Below, piece after piece: positions 47,159-59,864 of a stretch of 64,000 bases of DNA (the stretch's first letter is position 1; every line of letters starts with the position of its first letter). Position numbers and translations under genes: made by a program. The DNA is taken from the NCBI GenBank assembly GCA_027923505.1, contig BROI01000005.1:558001-622000 (forward strand). Direction: 5' to 3'. A model generated the notes under the pieces. It did not search any database. It was not told where the DNA came from and saw nothing but the letters and a program-made list of their open reading frames with translations. Source of the stretch: Mayamaea pseudoterrestris (Eukaryota).

Positions 47159-48727
47159 CTACGCTGATTCGCTCGAGGTACTACTAGCACTTGTCCTTTG
47201 AAAGTATCGTATTAGCCAATAGACGGCTATCGGTAGCAACACTTGCAAAACAGTCTGCCTCAATTGTAATTTCCAATTTGGTACATCGTACACTAAATTT
47301 TCGTTGGCGATTATTGAGTCTTTCAGCTCCTTGAGCCTGTCGAGTGTTGCGTCCAAGTCGTTAGAGTCAGCCTCTTCGGTGGCAGCATTTTCATCCTGCG
47401 TGTCAAAGTTCTCTGTTGTCTGCTCGAGCTTGATACTATCACGATTTACGCCATCACCACTGTTGCTATCACCAGCCACCGCACCATTCCTTAAAGCCTT
47501 ACTCATTTTCGATGCCATTGCCTTGCTCTTTTGCTTGTATTCTCGCTTCTTCCGTTCCAATTCGACCCGAACCGATTGCAAATCCTTTCGCAGCAAATCT
47601 TGTTCGCCGTCAGCACTGGCACTCGTACCGTCAGTCAATACTTCATGCGCCGCGTCAATTGCCGCCTCTACTTCCACAAAGTCACTGGCTGGATCGTGCA
47701 GACTCGCCTTGGCGACGCGGACGAGCGCCTTGGCATTGTTGGGAGCCTTGCTCAGTACGCGAATCGCAGTCGCCTTGGCTTGCTTGTAGTCCTTCGTCCG
47801 CAAGTGGACCGCTGTCATGTTGTTCAGACAATCAGTGTATGCGACAATGGCTTTTTGGCGCAATGCTAACGTCGACTCATCCATGTCGTCCTCGTTCATG
47901 TCAGTGTCATCGTCTTCTCCCTCCTGGCTGTTGCCGGCACGCGATAAAATTTGGTCGCAGTAGGTCAAGGCACGACTATACAAGTACAAGCACCTGCTTT
48001 TGGTAGACGCAAGTCCGTCAACACTCGCCGTGGACCATACTTCATTGGCATAAACATCATTCGCAATCAGCTTCTTTGCCATTGCCGCCTGGTAGGCAAA
48101 CGCGGGCGCCTCCCGCTCGTCACTCGCCACCACCGACTGCACAAACACTTGATAGCACACGTTGGCGTGCGGCGGCAAGACAAAATCGCCATGTTGGCGC
48201 TGCGATGCTCCGTAGGCAAACTTGCTGCGGCTCCAGACCAACGCCATTTCTCCCACGCTCATGAACCGAACCGCCAGCTCCAGGCACGGCGAAACATCCT
48301 TTTCGGCAACGACAACGAGCCAGTCTTGCGCTTGATGGAAAATTGGTCCGTCAAATGCCGACGCCTCTAGCAACGAATCTGCTAGACGACCGACAAAGCT
48401 AACGCGGACAGCATCGTGGGGCTGGACCTCCATCGGAGACGCTGCCACGTCGTTCGACGTTTCTTTGGATGACGATGAAATGATCTGATAAGAATGAGCG
48501 AGAAGAAGATGCCATGAGATGCAATCAAATAACCCGAAATCCGATTCGAGCACTCATCGTCTTAAACCACATACCTTGAGCATGATGTCAGATCCCATGA
48601 GCTCCGTCCATCCCTCGGTCGCTGGCTGATTGCTGGCCGTGAAGTCATCGTTGTCACCAAATCGCTCTACTTCCGAAAGCTCTTCTTTAGCTACATCACT
48701 TGTCAAGTTTATATTCTTCATTGTCAT
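47159..48727 (-). CDS. FKBP-type PPIase with TPR repeats and C-terminal TM (FKBP8-like)
   Basis: LELAVRFMSVGE...KFAYG, TPR segment (CLNNMTAVHLR...NAKALVR) and a tail anchor. Intron 48485-48574. Confidence 0.8.
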
Positions 48728-49376
48728 TCTTTTAGGTACTCTTTCAAGCAAGATGAATGAAACGATAGCGTGAGCGTGAGCCAATGGTAAAAGCAGTTGC
48801 AACAACCATCAAAACATTTCTACATTGTCATTCAGATAAATCCATTTTCATTTGTATATTTCCCATTAAAAGGTCGACACAATTCTTCTCTTCATAATGA
48901 CTGCTTGATGGAGGCGCTGCTTTTATAACAAAAGTTGCGATCCGAGCGAGAATCTATTTGTTCTTTGGCGCATCCAGCGCAACGTCGTCGATAATTCAAC
49001 AACTTACTCTATCCAATTCAGCTGCGCACAAGAATGAACAGCAAGTTACACTATGGATGAACTTGTTTTAGCTACCGCAGCATTGTGAGAGAAAGTTAGC
49101 TGCCATCGACATGATGGTTGATGGTGGGTTTTTTGTTCGCGCATGTTCCATGGCGCCCCACAAATTGATGTCGCACCGCTACCGCATCGTTTAAGGCGAG
49201 AGAAAAGAAACCTTTTCTAGCCATTCTGAAGATGCAAATATATACTCCAGTAGCTGCTATCAAGTTACAAGAACGACTTAAATTCAAGAATAGATAACAA
49301 GTATTTAGGGTAGCAAGCTATGAAGTCTGGTTGCGACTTCTCAAGCGCTTAGCGAACGAAACAATTTGTGTGCGAC

Positions 49377-50099
49377 TTAACCCAAGCGCTCAGCATCTTC
49401 CGACTCGACGGAGCCACGGGTAAAGCTGACATAGGCGGTCCAAAAGAAGGAAACAATATGTCGGAAAGGCATGCGAATGTGCACCGGGAGAACAAACTGA
49501 ATACAGTCGGATGGCACCCATAGCTTGACCATTGCCGCCAAGTCATCCTTGGCATTGTTCTTGTATTTCGTTACTCCATCTTGGATCCAATCTAATGGAT
49601 TCCATGTTTCGCCGACGACAAATTCCTTCACTGCATAGTAGGTTGGAAAGTACATTAACGGTAAATGCACAAAGATATCAAACACTACCATTTTTCCAGC
49701 GTCCAGCATTCCAGCCGTATCCTTTAGCTTGTCTGCAAGCTTCAAATTAGCGAACCGACCCATGGTCGGAAACCATTGTCCAAATTTCGTCACCATGAGC
49801 CAGTATTGAAAACATCCAAGGTAGGCGAAACCAAATACGACAAAGATTCCATTGCGTCGCCAGTCCACTTGTGTAAAGTCTTTGCCTTCGGCGACTACTT
49901 GGACTATCAAATCGGCGCCTGCAGTCTTTCCGGTAGCGACGCCGAGTTGAAACAGAAAGGGATTGCGTTTGGCAAAGGACTCCGTGGCGGCAGCGGATTG
50001 ATCAACCTTGGTTGATTTATAGAGTCGGATTGATTGTTGAAATGTCCTTTGATTCACGGCTCGACATGTAATTGGGGTAGCTCGAGTTAGCGCGTACAT
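49377..50099 (-). CDS. Mpv17/PMP22 family membrane protein
   Basis: KTAGADLIVQ, DWRR..F..FG..YLG, LWVP...QF..PVHIR..F...VSFFWTAYVS. Confidence 0.88.
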   Translation of the reverse strand: MYALTRATPITCRAVNQRTFQQSIRLYKSTKVDQSAAATESFAKRNPFLFQLGVATGKTAGADLIVQVVAEGKDFTQVDWRRNGIFVVFGFAYLGCFQYWLMVTKFGQWFPTMGRFANLKLADKLKDTAGMLDAGKMVVFDIFVHLPLMYFPTYYAVKEFVVGETWNPLDWIQDGVTKYKNNAKDDLAAMVKLWVPSDCIQFVLPVHIRMPFRHIVSFFWTAYVSFTRGSVESEDAERLG

Positions 50100-50490
50100 T
50101 TGTTACGTGTATTGCTTTTGCAATCCTAGATACTAGTTTATCAAAAAGTTAGGATGCAGCAGTCGCTTGTTGGAGTAAAGTATGTTTAGCGACTGCGATA
50201 GAGACGGCCATCGTCGCCGTTCCCGTCGATCCGGAAAAGCCGGCTGCCGCAAGGACAGGCGGATACGATGACGCACGATATCTCAAATCCTTAACTCTCT
50301 ACTTTTTCGCGTGTCGGCGCGTGCGCTGTTGAACTTGCGGATCGCGAACGACGTGCGTTATCATGAAGATCCGTCCTCAACTTGCAGGGCCGCACGCCTC
50401 GTCACACGACGAAACCATCAAAACGGACCTGCATCTTGCCTTGTCTATTGGATATCGCATTCCACTCTATACGCAACCATCAAGATCATC

Positions 50491-51597
50491 ATGTCGCCAT
50501 TAAGATGTATAGCAGTATTGTGTGCCTTGTCTGCCTCGGCGCAAGCCTTGTCGAGCAGTAGTTTCGTTGGCCGTCGAGTGCCCACTGCATTCGCCAGTCA
50601 AGCGCCTATGAAAATGGATTCGGAAAGATTCGACCTTCAAATCAAAGTGAATTTGGATCAGATCATTCAAGAGAACGCTCGGCCGCGAATGACTCTTGAC
50701 CAAGCCGAAGCTGTCCACAATATGCCGTGGAAAACATCCATTGATCCCTCAGCTTTTCAAGGAGAAGACTTGTTATACATGCCATTCTGGCAGTGGCAAA
50801 TCAATTTTATGAAGGAGCAGCTGACAGATCTTCGTGTCGTTTCATGTCAACACGAAAACAACAACTTTAGTTTCAATGAAAATCTTGACAAGAAGGCTCG
50901 CATTGTAAACCTTTGCGCCACCAGCAAAGAATATCGCAAAATCCGACTAACATACTACGATGCAGGCGACAACTGCCAAGTTTTCAACGCAGTCATTTAT
51001 CCGGATCCAAAGTACAATCTACCAATTCTTGGCATTGATTTGCTCTCTTTCAACCGCAAAAAGTACTTGGCGATCGTTGACTTTCAACCAATCCATCAGG
51101 AGGAATCAAAGCACAGCAGCAAGTTTGAGCATCTCCTCGAGCCGATCAAGGCCAAGTACAACTCTTTAAAGGGTCAAATGTCGTCCAAGTTCTACGACGA
51201 GACTCAATTCTTCTCACAGCAAATGCTCTTTAGTCGGTTCGAAGACGAAAAGATTATCAGCAAGGAACTATTTCCTGCCTTTACGCAATATGTCGAGACA
51301 CATCTGCAACTGATTCGAAACACACCCGCAGACATTGACGGTGTCGACCACGTCATGGAGCGACAGCAAGCCTACGACACCTACTCGGCCGAGCGCGATC
51401 CTGCTGCTGGTTTGTTTTGCGCCATGTTTGGTGCCGAGTGGGCCGACGACTACATTCACAACTTTTTGTTCAGCCTCGCCGAGCGCAAGGAAGGCAAGAC
51501 ACCACCCGCCGCCGCCATGCCAGTCATGGGCGGACCACCGCAAAAGGCTGGCCGCCCGCAGCCGCAGCAACGAGAAGTTGCCATGGCGCAACGGTAA
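50491..51597 (+). CDS. pebA: Ferredoxin-dependent bilin reductase, PebA-like (15,16-dihydrobiliverdin:ferredoxin oxidoreductase)
   Basis: RKIRLTYYDAG..QVFN, LPILGIDLL, DFQP, YDTYSAERDPA; signal peptide. Confidence 0.85.
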   Translation: MSPLRCIAVLCALSASAQALSSSSFVGRRVPTAFASQAPMKMDSERFDLQIKVNLDQIIQENARPRMTLDQAEAVHNMPWKTSIDPSAFQGEDLLYMPFWQWQINFMKEQLTDLRVVSCQHENNNFSFNENLDKKARIVNLCATSKEYRKIRLTYYDAGDNCQVFNAVIYPDPKYNLPILGIDLLSFNRKKYLAIVDFQPIHQEESKHSSKFEHLLEPIKAKYNSLKGQMSSKFYDETQFFSQQMLFSRFEDEKIISKELFPAFTQYVETHLQLIRNTPADIDGVDHVMERQQAYDTYSAERDPAAGLFCAMFGAEWADDYIHNFLFSLAERKEGKTPPAAAMPVMGGPPQKAGRPQPQQREVAMAQR

Positions 51598-51826
51598 TTC
51601 CTTGGCTATGCTGCTACCGTTTGTACCTTTTAGCTTACTTTATGCACAAGCGCTTGTGCTTTCTGACTGACTTAATTCTACACTTAATATACATGCTAAA
51701 GACTTTCATTTTGTTTTTATTTTACTATCTTTTATTAAACTACTTGATGCTTATGCATCTTTAATCTGTAAGTTACAAGGTTGCTCGTCATCGCGTCGAC
51801 CCGAGTCGACACAACCTACTCTAACT

Positions 51827-52939
51827 TTACCGCATCGACCGCTTGGCATTTGGAAACAATACATCGTACAGAAAATCATCGGCCCACTCTTGGCCAAACA
51901 TTTTGCCTAGCATTGCATGCGCTGGATCTCTCGCCGCCGAATACGTGTCATAGTCCGCTTGACCTTGTTGCGCAAACGTCGCATCAGCGAGAGATGTTGT
52001 CGCTTGCAATGTCAATGCCAAGTGTGCCAGCAAACATTCCTGAAAGGCTGGCATTACTTGAGTCCAGACCATGTCGTATCCCTCGTCTCTTGATGGAGCT
52101 CGTCCAAGTAACGTGTTGCAGGAAAAGTGTTGGGAATCAACGTAAAACCGATTCGTCATTTTCTCCTGCAACAGAGGATACTTGAGTCGTATGGCACCGA
52201 GTAAGTCTTCATAGCGGCACGCATGATCCTCTTCCTTGGCATGGATTGGCTGAAAGTCCATGACGCAAAGGTGCTTGCAGTCGTTGAATTGCAACAAGTC
52301 AATGCCAAAGACTGGCAAGTTGGCGCGTGGGTAAAAGAGCGAGGAAAAGACCTGTGTATTGTAACCGGCATCTAGAATAGTCATGCGAATGCGAGAGTAT
52401 TCGTCACTTTCAAATGCACATGTATGAATGCGCGCCTTATCGTTGGCAGCGACAGCGTAGCTCATATCAATCCCCTCTGACGATACGACCGGGATGGAGC
52501 GTAGATTTGTCAAATGATGCTTCATGAATGCAAGCTGATGATTCCAAAATGGCATGTAGAATGGTATTTTGCTTGTCGTGTCATTGTATGAATGCAAGTA
52601 GAGTGGATTAATGGAAGTAGTCCAAGGCATTCCATGCGAATGCGAGCCCAACACATGGCCATTTCGTGCGACTGCATCTATAGGGACATGATGTGTAGAT
52701 GACGATGCTGACTCGTACCTCTTTGACGATAATTGGAATCGATTGGATGCTCGGAACGAGTCAAAATCTTCCGTGTCCATCGTAATTCTCGACATATGAA
52801 AATCATGTTGTCGCCTCGCCGGTCTGCTGTTTGCCAAAGGCCTGCCATGAAACGCCAAGCAGCCTCGACTTCTCTCCATGCAAAGGAGAAGCAATACTGA
52901 GCTTTCTCGTAGAATGACTGACCTTCTTAAGCGGCACAT
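51827..52939 (-). CDS. Second ferredoxin-dependent bilin reductase, PebA-like paralog
   Basis: RIRMTILDAG..QVF, LPVFGIDLL, DFQP, YDTYSAARDPAH; presequence ending LA-F. Confidence 0.82.
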   Translation of the reverse strand: MCRLRRSVILRESSVLLLLCMERSRGCLAFHGRPLANSRPARRQHDFHMSRITMDTEDFDSFRASNRFQLSSKRYESASSSTHHVPIDAVARNGHVLGSHSHGMPWTTSINPLYLHSYNDTTSKIPFYMPFWNHQLAFMKHHLTNLRSIPVVSSEGIDMSYAVAANDKARIHTCAFESDEYSRIRMTILDAGYNTQVFSSLFYPRANLPVFGIDLLQFNDCKHLCVMDFQPIHAKEEDHACRYEDLLGAIRLKYPLLQEKMTNRFYVDSQHFSCNTLLGRAPSRDEGYDMVWTQVMPAFQECLLAHLALTLQATTSLADATFAQQGQADYDTYSAARDPAHAMLGKMFGQEWADDFLYDVLFPNAKRSMR

Positions 52940-53384
52940 ATTGGATGACTATCAGAACCGACAAGAGCACAGTCGAGCTTGTCAAAGGTCAAAGGTCGCA
53001 AAATATGCGCGATGCGTTCGCGTTCGGCTATGCTAAAGTTTCCTTTACAGTATAAAGAAAAAATCAGTTGGACAAGAACACAAATGTCGTCTCTTTTCGA
53101 TCGACTACAGTAGTTGCATGCTCCTTCTTGCCAGGTTTGACTTGGTCGTGTTGCTGATTGCGATTCGATGGGTGATGATGTGCGATGTGCAATGACGCGA
53201 AACGCGAAGAGACCTTCGGAACCTCGTTAGGTTCGTTTTCAAGGCTGTGAGGTTCGCATTTTTCGCATTCGATTGACCGCTGCGACGGACCGTTCATTCG
53301 AGCGCGGCCATGGAGAGAGGATCGGGATGAGGCGGGACGAACCAATCTCAAATTCAATGCAAAAGAGTGATCGTGAACTAAAAC

Positions 53385-53770
53385 ATGGCAGCAACTTTGA
53401 AAGAGCTGCATGACAGTACGTAATGTCTTGAGATATAATAACTTCTTTAGCCATGTCCTCTCATTCCTCACTCACGCTTTCTCTCACTTTTACCTTACTC
53501 TATACTCCAGAATCCGTCCTGGTGTTGACGAGCGACGCCCGCGTCATTGTCGGAACCTTTGTAGGACACGACCAAGTGCAGAACTTGATTATGAATGACG
53601 CCCATGAGCGAGTTTACAGTGAGGACGAAGACGTTGAAGTGGTGCCGCTGGGCCTCTATGTCATTCGAGGTGATAATGTATGTTTGATTGGAGATTACGA
53701 AGCAACCAAACTACTCGACAATCAACGAATAACAGTTCCACTGCCAGAGATACGGCAGCAGCAGTATTAA
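53385..53770 (+). CDS. LSM8: U6 snRNA-associated Sm-like protein LSm8
   Basis: MAATLKELHDKSVLVLTSDARVIVG...HERVYS...LGLYVIRGDNV after splicing intron 53416-53510. Confidence 0.92.
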
Positions 53771-53898
53771 TGTTATACTTGATAAAAATGCTGCTATGAT
53801 ATTATAGATGATGTTTCGGTTGCGGTTGCGTAAACTATGTCAATTAGGTCGAGGAATACGATTAGCGATTAGGAGATGACATATGACATATTGTCAAT

Positions 53899-54459
53899 TC
53901 AAATCAGCTTGATGGCAATATAAAGCAATACAATCACAATCAGGATTCGTGCCGCAATATGCAGCCCATTAAATCCATCATTGACATCCTTGACAAAGGT
54001 CATGAAATAGTTCAGCATGCTGTAGTGACCACCCTCGCCACTTCCATGTTGCGACTGCTGCGATGGAGGCAGTAGTAGGCTGCTATCCAAATCGTCGTCA
54101 TGCTGCATTTGCTGCAGCGACGCCATGCCAGTCTCCATGGTGGAGTGAATGTTGGACCACGCGTTGGAGAAAAAGTTGTCGCTGGAACCGAGCGAATTGC
54201 CATTAGATTCCCATGAAAAGTAGGGACTATTGTTCTCGTTATTATTATTCGATTCAGTCATGTTTGGATGATACTGCGGAACCTGAATCGATGTTGCAGG
54301 CGCTGTTTGCTGCTGCTGCTTGGCTGCTTCACGCTCGCGCTGCAGGCGAATCCGTTCCAGCAAGGATGCGCCGGATCGCTGGGACGACTGGGAGCCACCG
54401 GCGGCACTATCGTCATCATTGTTGGAATTGTAGTTGCTACTGCTGCTATGGTCGTTCAT
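53899..54459 (-). CDS. Hypothetical tail-anchored protein
   Basis: Low-complexity ORF with one C-terminal TM helix. Confidence 0.65.
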   Translation of the reverse strand: MNDHSSSSNYNSNNDDDSAAGGSQSSQRSGASLLERIRLQREREAAKQQQQTAPATSIQVPQYHPNMTESNNNNENNSPYFSWESNGNSLGSSDNFFSNAWSNIHSTMETGMASLQQMQHDDDLDSSLLLPPSQQSQHGSGEGGHYSMLNYFMTFVKDVNDGFNGLHIAARILIVIVLLYIAIKLI

Positions 54460-54819
54460 GATAATAGGACTTGCTTCAATAAAGGATGGACAAGGCGAAT
54501 GCTTCCGCTCCACTCACGGCAACGGCGAAGCCGTCAACGAATGAGCGACTCCGATCATGCGGGAGTGAAAACCATCCTTGACTCAAAGTCGCACCAGGAC
54601 GCGACGTCGGCCAGACGTTGCATCGCGTCATCGTCGGCGCAGCAGCCGATCAGGCGAAGAAGGCAGGCAGCTTGATCGACGGGATCTACTCGCAGCTTCT
54701 TGATCTATATTCCAAGTATGTCTTTCTTATGAGTCTTGCAATTTGAGAAAGCTAAGCTGAATTTGACTAACGATCTGTTTTTCCCTTCTTATAAAACAGA
54801 AATTAATTACATCACCACC

Positions 54820-55074
54820 ATGCACTGGGACGGCCACGAAGTCTCGGTAATTACCACCATGGGAGGCGCCGCCCTGGTACTAAATAGAACGCTGCCGAAA
54901 CATTGGGTCCGCAGTCTCATTCACCGGCAACCAGTCGTCGCCATGTCCTGCTTGTGGGTAGTCGTAGGCGTGAGCCTTCCGCTCGTGGTGCCGCGCGTTC
55001 GACGCATGATGGGAGCTCCAACGAACCAATACGACGCGCATCATCCAAACGTCAAGTTTCCAGTGTATAACTAA
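54820..55074 (+). CDS. Small membrane protein, likely complex I 9.5-kDa (NDUFA3-like) subunit
   Basis: QPVVAMS...LPLVVPRVRRMMGAPTNQYD pattern. Confidence 0.6.
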   Translation: MHWDGHEVSVITTMGGAALVLNRTLPKHWVRSLIHRQPVVAMSCLWVVVGVSLPLVVPRVRRMMGAPTNQYDAHHPNVKFPVYN

Positions 55075-55131
55075 ACATCGAAAGTGATATATAAATGCAA
55101 GAGCTAATTTTAGGCAATCGGTGTTATGTTT

Positions 55132-55620
55132 CTACAATTCAGTTTGTCGAAATTGATTCGTCGTTTCAATCACCTTTCGCAGCGGCAGTTGCACCAGTTT
55201 GCTCAGCAGTTGAATCGTTCGATCAAACAAAGGAACATGCGTCAATATTCGTCCCCATAGTACATAGGCTACGACGCACCAAAAGAAGAAAACGGATGCC
55301 ATTAAAATACGTTGCTCCTTTTGTTGCTCGCGCTCGAGCGCCGTCAATGCCTTTTTGGCTTGCTTGACGTTCATGGTTTGATGCTGAGTCATAGTTTTAT
55401 CCAAGACTTTGCCGTCCTGCTCAATCGCACTGGCGACGTGGGAGACTCGCTCCAGTTCCTGCGAAAGCAGTTTCTGCGTGCGAGCGAGTGATTGCTGCAG
55501 ACTGGCGGCATCATTGGCAATGGATGATTTAGATGACGAGGAAGTAGGAGTAGCAAAGAGGCGAGCTCGTTCCTCTTGGAAGGTTGTTCGTCGACTAGTG
55601 TTTCGTTCAAAAGTTTTCAT
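55132..55620 (-). CDS. Sec20/Use1-like SNARE, tail-anchored
   Basis: Coiled coil (SLARTQKLLSQELER) followed by a TM helix ending VLWGRI. Confidence 0.65.
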   Translation of the reverse strand: MKTFERNTSRRTTFQEERARLFATPTSSSSKSSIANDAASLQQSLARTQKLLSQELERVSHVASAIEQDGKVLDKTMTQHQTMNVKQAKKALTALEREQQKEQRILMASVFFFWCVVAYVLWGRILTHVPLFDRTIQLLSKLVQLPLRKVIETTNQFRQTEL

Positions 55621-55902
55621 GGTGAGTGAGAGAAGAGAGCGTCACGCCATGGTGGTGAGTGGATGCCGCGAGCGATTCCAACCAACCCGTTTACTGTTAC
55701 GGTCTGACCATGAACCACTGCGACATTTTTGATCGATTCTTTCGCACCAAAGTCGATCTCGCATCGCCAAATTCTAGAACAGGCACATCCAATGCGCTCC
55801 ATGCGAGCACACGCCTCGAGAATTCTCCGACAAAGCACGAAAGCAGCCATGAAGAGTACGGCTTGTATATGCGGTGGTGAGGAATGAAGGAGGAGGAGAA
55901 TC

Positions 55903-58122
55903 ATGAGTATCCGCAAAGTCAAGACACAGCAGCAGCTTTCGAAGCTTTTTGCCGATGATGCGTATGTCCATGACAATGACGATGTCAACGAAGGCACAAA
56001 ACTTCGCACCGTTTGGGGTCAGACTTTCAAACGGATTGTATTCTTCACCGTCGCATGTGTCAGCTTTGCAGTTATAATGGTGGCGCTCAAGCTTATTCAG
56101 CCGCGTCACACTGATTTCATGACTGCATCCTCCAAAACATCATTCACAACAACGAAGCTTCGCAAGGCACTCACTGAAACACAGACACAATGCACCGTTT
56201 GGATTGCACCCTCCTCGCTAAAGGGCGTGAATGGCTATGGAACCTTTACCACCCGCGACTTGCACGAAGGCGAGCGAATATTGCCGTCGCATGATGGGCT
56301 TGGCGTTCCGATTGAAAGTTACCTGTACGATGATGACAACGTTCCGTTTGCCAAGGCACGAAGCAATTGGATTAGAGTTTGGAAGAATTACTGGTGGGCG
56401 CGCGGAGTGCCCGATCACGTTGCCTATGAGGGAGCGCTGGATGCAGTCGACTACCAGATTGGCTTTGGAGCCTTGCCCAACCATCACTGTCTGCTGAATT
56501 CTTTGAGTGTTCGGTATCCAGTCAATGCGTATGACGATTCCATGGTGGATCGCTACCGTGATCCGACGACGGGCTCGTTTTCGTACAATATGGGACGAGA
56601 GTTTTACGTGTTCAAATCTTTGAATGCGGTGAGTGAGTGTGAAATGACGCAGCAAGCTTGGCGTTTTACTTACTCGTGTTTCTTTGCTTCCATTTGTATG
56701 CAGGGAGATGAGATCTTTCTCAACTATGGCTACTGTGATCGCGAGTCATATATGCCATCGTGGACAGCCAACATTTACATGCCAGAAGACTTTGACGCTG
56801 CTGCATCGTTGGTAAAGGCACATCAGCGACGGGCAGATAAGTCGTTTGTGTATGACGCATCTGGTCGGTTGCAGGTTGTGGACGAGTCGAAAATTACTCC
56901 ACTAGTCAAGGAGCTGCTACCACAAACGCAGCGAAGATTTGACGAGCTGGTTGACGAAGAAGTCGATCGGAGTGAACTTACTCAACGAATTGCCCATAAT
57001 TCACTCAACAAGCGGTCACCCGACTGGATCCGTCGACACGGCATGTGCATGGAAAGTATTGTGCCTAAATCAAGCACAATTCCACATGCTGGCCAAGGCG
57101 CCTTTGCTAATTTCAACTTGGTCAAGGGTGAGTTCATTTCGCCAGCCCCATTGATGCAGATTGTCAACAAGAGCGCATTGTTTAAATACTCGGCGGATGG
57201 TACGCGAAATGGCACACAGCTTCTAATGAACTACTGTTTCGGGCACAAAGAAAGCACCCTGTTGCTCTGCCCAAATACGAACGCTCTCTTGATAAATCAC
57301 TGCAGCGTCCGCACCAACGACTGTGGACCAAATGGGCCCAATGCGCGTTATCTGTGGTCGTATGGTTGGGATCCGGCTTCGGACCAATGGCGACAAATGA
57401 CGCTTGAACGGCTCTCGCAGCAAAGCGGACGTGGACTTGCCTTTGAAATTGTTGCGACCCGCAACATTCGCAAAGGGGAAGAAATATTTTTCGACTATGG
57501 TCCTGAATGGGAACGAGCATGGCATGATCACGTTGCCACATGGCAGCCTCCCCCGCGAGATGAGCTGTTCATAACTGTCAAGGAGGCAAATGAGCGACAG
57601 GAGCCCATTTTCGACTCGCTCGTGTCGGGTGATCTTCGCAAATCTGTCGACAATAGTCCGCACATGTTTACTGCGTGTGTCTACGAAGCGACACGGGATG
57701 ATGACCACGAGGTGTACCACCAAGATACGGACTGGAAGCAGCTCAGCGACGAAGAAATCATGGCTGAATACGCCTCGGATGGCTCGCAGTTTCGCTACCC
57801 AAGCAACTTTGGCAACCCTGGCGACTACCGAAAGCATGGTGATAAGTTACATTGGCCATGCTCGGTGATTCGCCGCCACGCCCGAAACAACAGCACTTAT
57901 GTTGTGCGAATCCACCAGTCTCCATATACACGACGGACGGGCGAAATGCCATGGTTCCGTCACAAGCTTCCTCGCATCCTATACAACTATCCACGGGAGT
58001 CCATTTGATACTTCAAACTGCCCTTTACGAGCGACCAGCATTTGCCGGGAGTATTTCGTCAGCCGATTGGAATTCGCGATGATTTGTTTCCCGAGCAGTG
58101 GCGCAACCTTGCTCCCCGTTAA
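55903..58122 (+). CDS. Diatom-type membrane-anchored SET-domain protein (two SET-like regions); in-frame TGA at 58006-58008
   Basis: N-terminal TM, APSS...GYGTFT, PNHH, GDEIFLNYG, SSTIPHAGQGAFA, INHC, ATRNIRKGEEIFFDYG. Intron 56629-56703. Confidence 0.8.
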
Positions 58123-58541
58123 CAATGATGCAGATCATCGAAAATCACATGTGTTTACAGTCACTTTTATATACCTTCAATCCGATTTATACTCCTACCT
58201 AATCGTAAGGCAAATATTTATTTTGGATTCGTGTCTTACAGCAAGCCATTTCTAGCAAAGAGCCTCTCATTAGTTACGCATTCAATACCCAACCTATTAA
58301 ATGGCCTTGCCACTTACTCTCATCACTGACAGATGCAGCCCATATGTCATAATGGTGACTTGGATGATGAGACGATGTTGATGCGGGAGCTTTTTGAGTT
58401 TCGGTTCATTCACTGTCAGTCGTGCATTGGGTTGTGGTGCGACACACACCGTTTCACTTCTTTTCTTTGCCGCTCGTCGTCACATCATCTCTCGCATAAG
58501 TTCCCTAGACGCTTCATAGTTCATAAAGTTATTCAAAAAGC

Positions 58542-59864
58542 ATGACGTCGAATAATGGTGCAAGCAATGTTGTTAATAATGGAGGTGAAATTGGCAAGGA
58601 GCTTCCCGCGTCGATTTGGGATCGTCTCTTGCTCGGCGATACACGATCACCTTTGCTGCATCTTTCGACAGCAAGTCGACAATCAGTCGCTTCCAGCAAT
58701 GTCGACAAACTGAACAATCAACAGTATCAAACATACAATAATTTTGCGCTCGTCAAATCCATGCTTTTGTACGAGTCGGTTCGCGTTGCCGCGCTGCGCG
58801 TGGAAGGAAGGGCGCAGCACGAGTACCCCAACTCCAACCAAGGATGGTACGCGACGCTGTTCATGATTCGCGGCCGCGCCTTGGATCGAGTGGTTGTGCC
58901 ATGGGGAATCGTGTCGCTGCATGCAATCATCTATACAGTCATTCAAGAAACAGTCTATGGAGGATCGATCAACGGAGATAACATGTCGCTGCTACAGAGT
59001 TGGGAAGTGTTCTTTAGCTTTGTCCTCAATTCGACACTGGCCTTTTTGCTAGTCTTTCGCCTTCAGCGCGCCTCGGATCGATACTGGACGGCACGATACT
59101 ACTGGGGCGATATTGTTGCCAAGGCTCGGACATTGGTGAGTGGACTGGTTGTTCACGGCCAGGGCGAAAACAAGGATCATGCCATTCGATGGCTTGTTGC
59201 GTATTCAGTTGCCATTATGGAACTGTTGCGTGGTAGACGGTTGTATGATGGCAGCATTTTTGCTGGTGTTCTTGTTCGGTCAGAGCTTGACAAGCTGGAG
59301 ACTAGCTTGCATCCTCCACTCTATGCCATGACCAAGATTCGATACCATTTGCGCAAAGCTTTTGGCAACACACCCGACACGCCAATGGCAATGGCGGTGG
59401 AGCGTACGCAAACTCTTCATCGTCTGGAGCTCCAACTGAACATTATTCAAGACTGCTGCGGAGGAATGGAGCGCATCAAGGCAACGCCGCTGCCCATTGT
59501 TTATGTGTCGCACTTGCGGACCTTTTTGATTGTCGCCTTGCTGTAAGTGCCATATTGTGCGCGCCGGACTGCTTATACGAATAAATGCATCTGACAACTG
59601 TCATTATTCTCCATGTTCAGACTTTTCCCATATGTTTATGGTCCGAGCTGGCGATGGACCACTATTCCGCTCGTCGTCCTCGCCGGCTTTGCTTGGCTCG
59701 GCATTGACTGCGCAGCCGAGGAATGCGAGAGTCCCTTTGATGCCAAGTCGGTCAATGCGTTAGATATGGACGCGTACTGTATAGGATTAATGCAAACTAC
59801 ACTGCAGGAGATTCGGGATTCTGCAGACGAGGAATTAGAGAGGCAGGCTGGGCCAACCAAGTGA
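58542..59864 (+). CDS. Bestrophin-like anion channel (bacterial/VCCN type)
   Basis: LAFLLVFRL..ASDRYW.AR..WG, MERIKATPLP.VY..HLR, E.ESPF. Intron 59543-59620. Confidence 0.88.
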
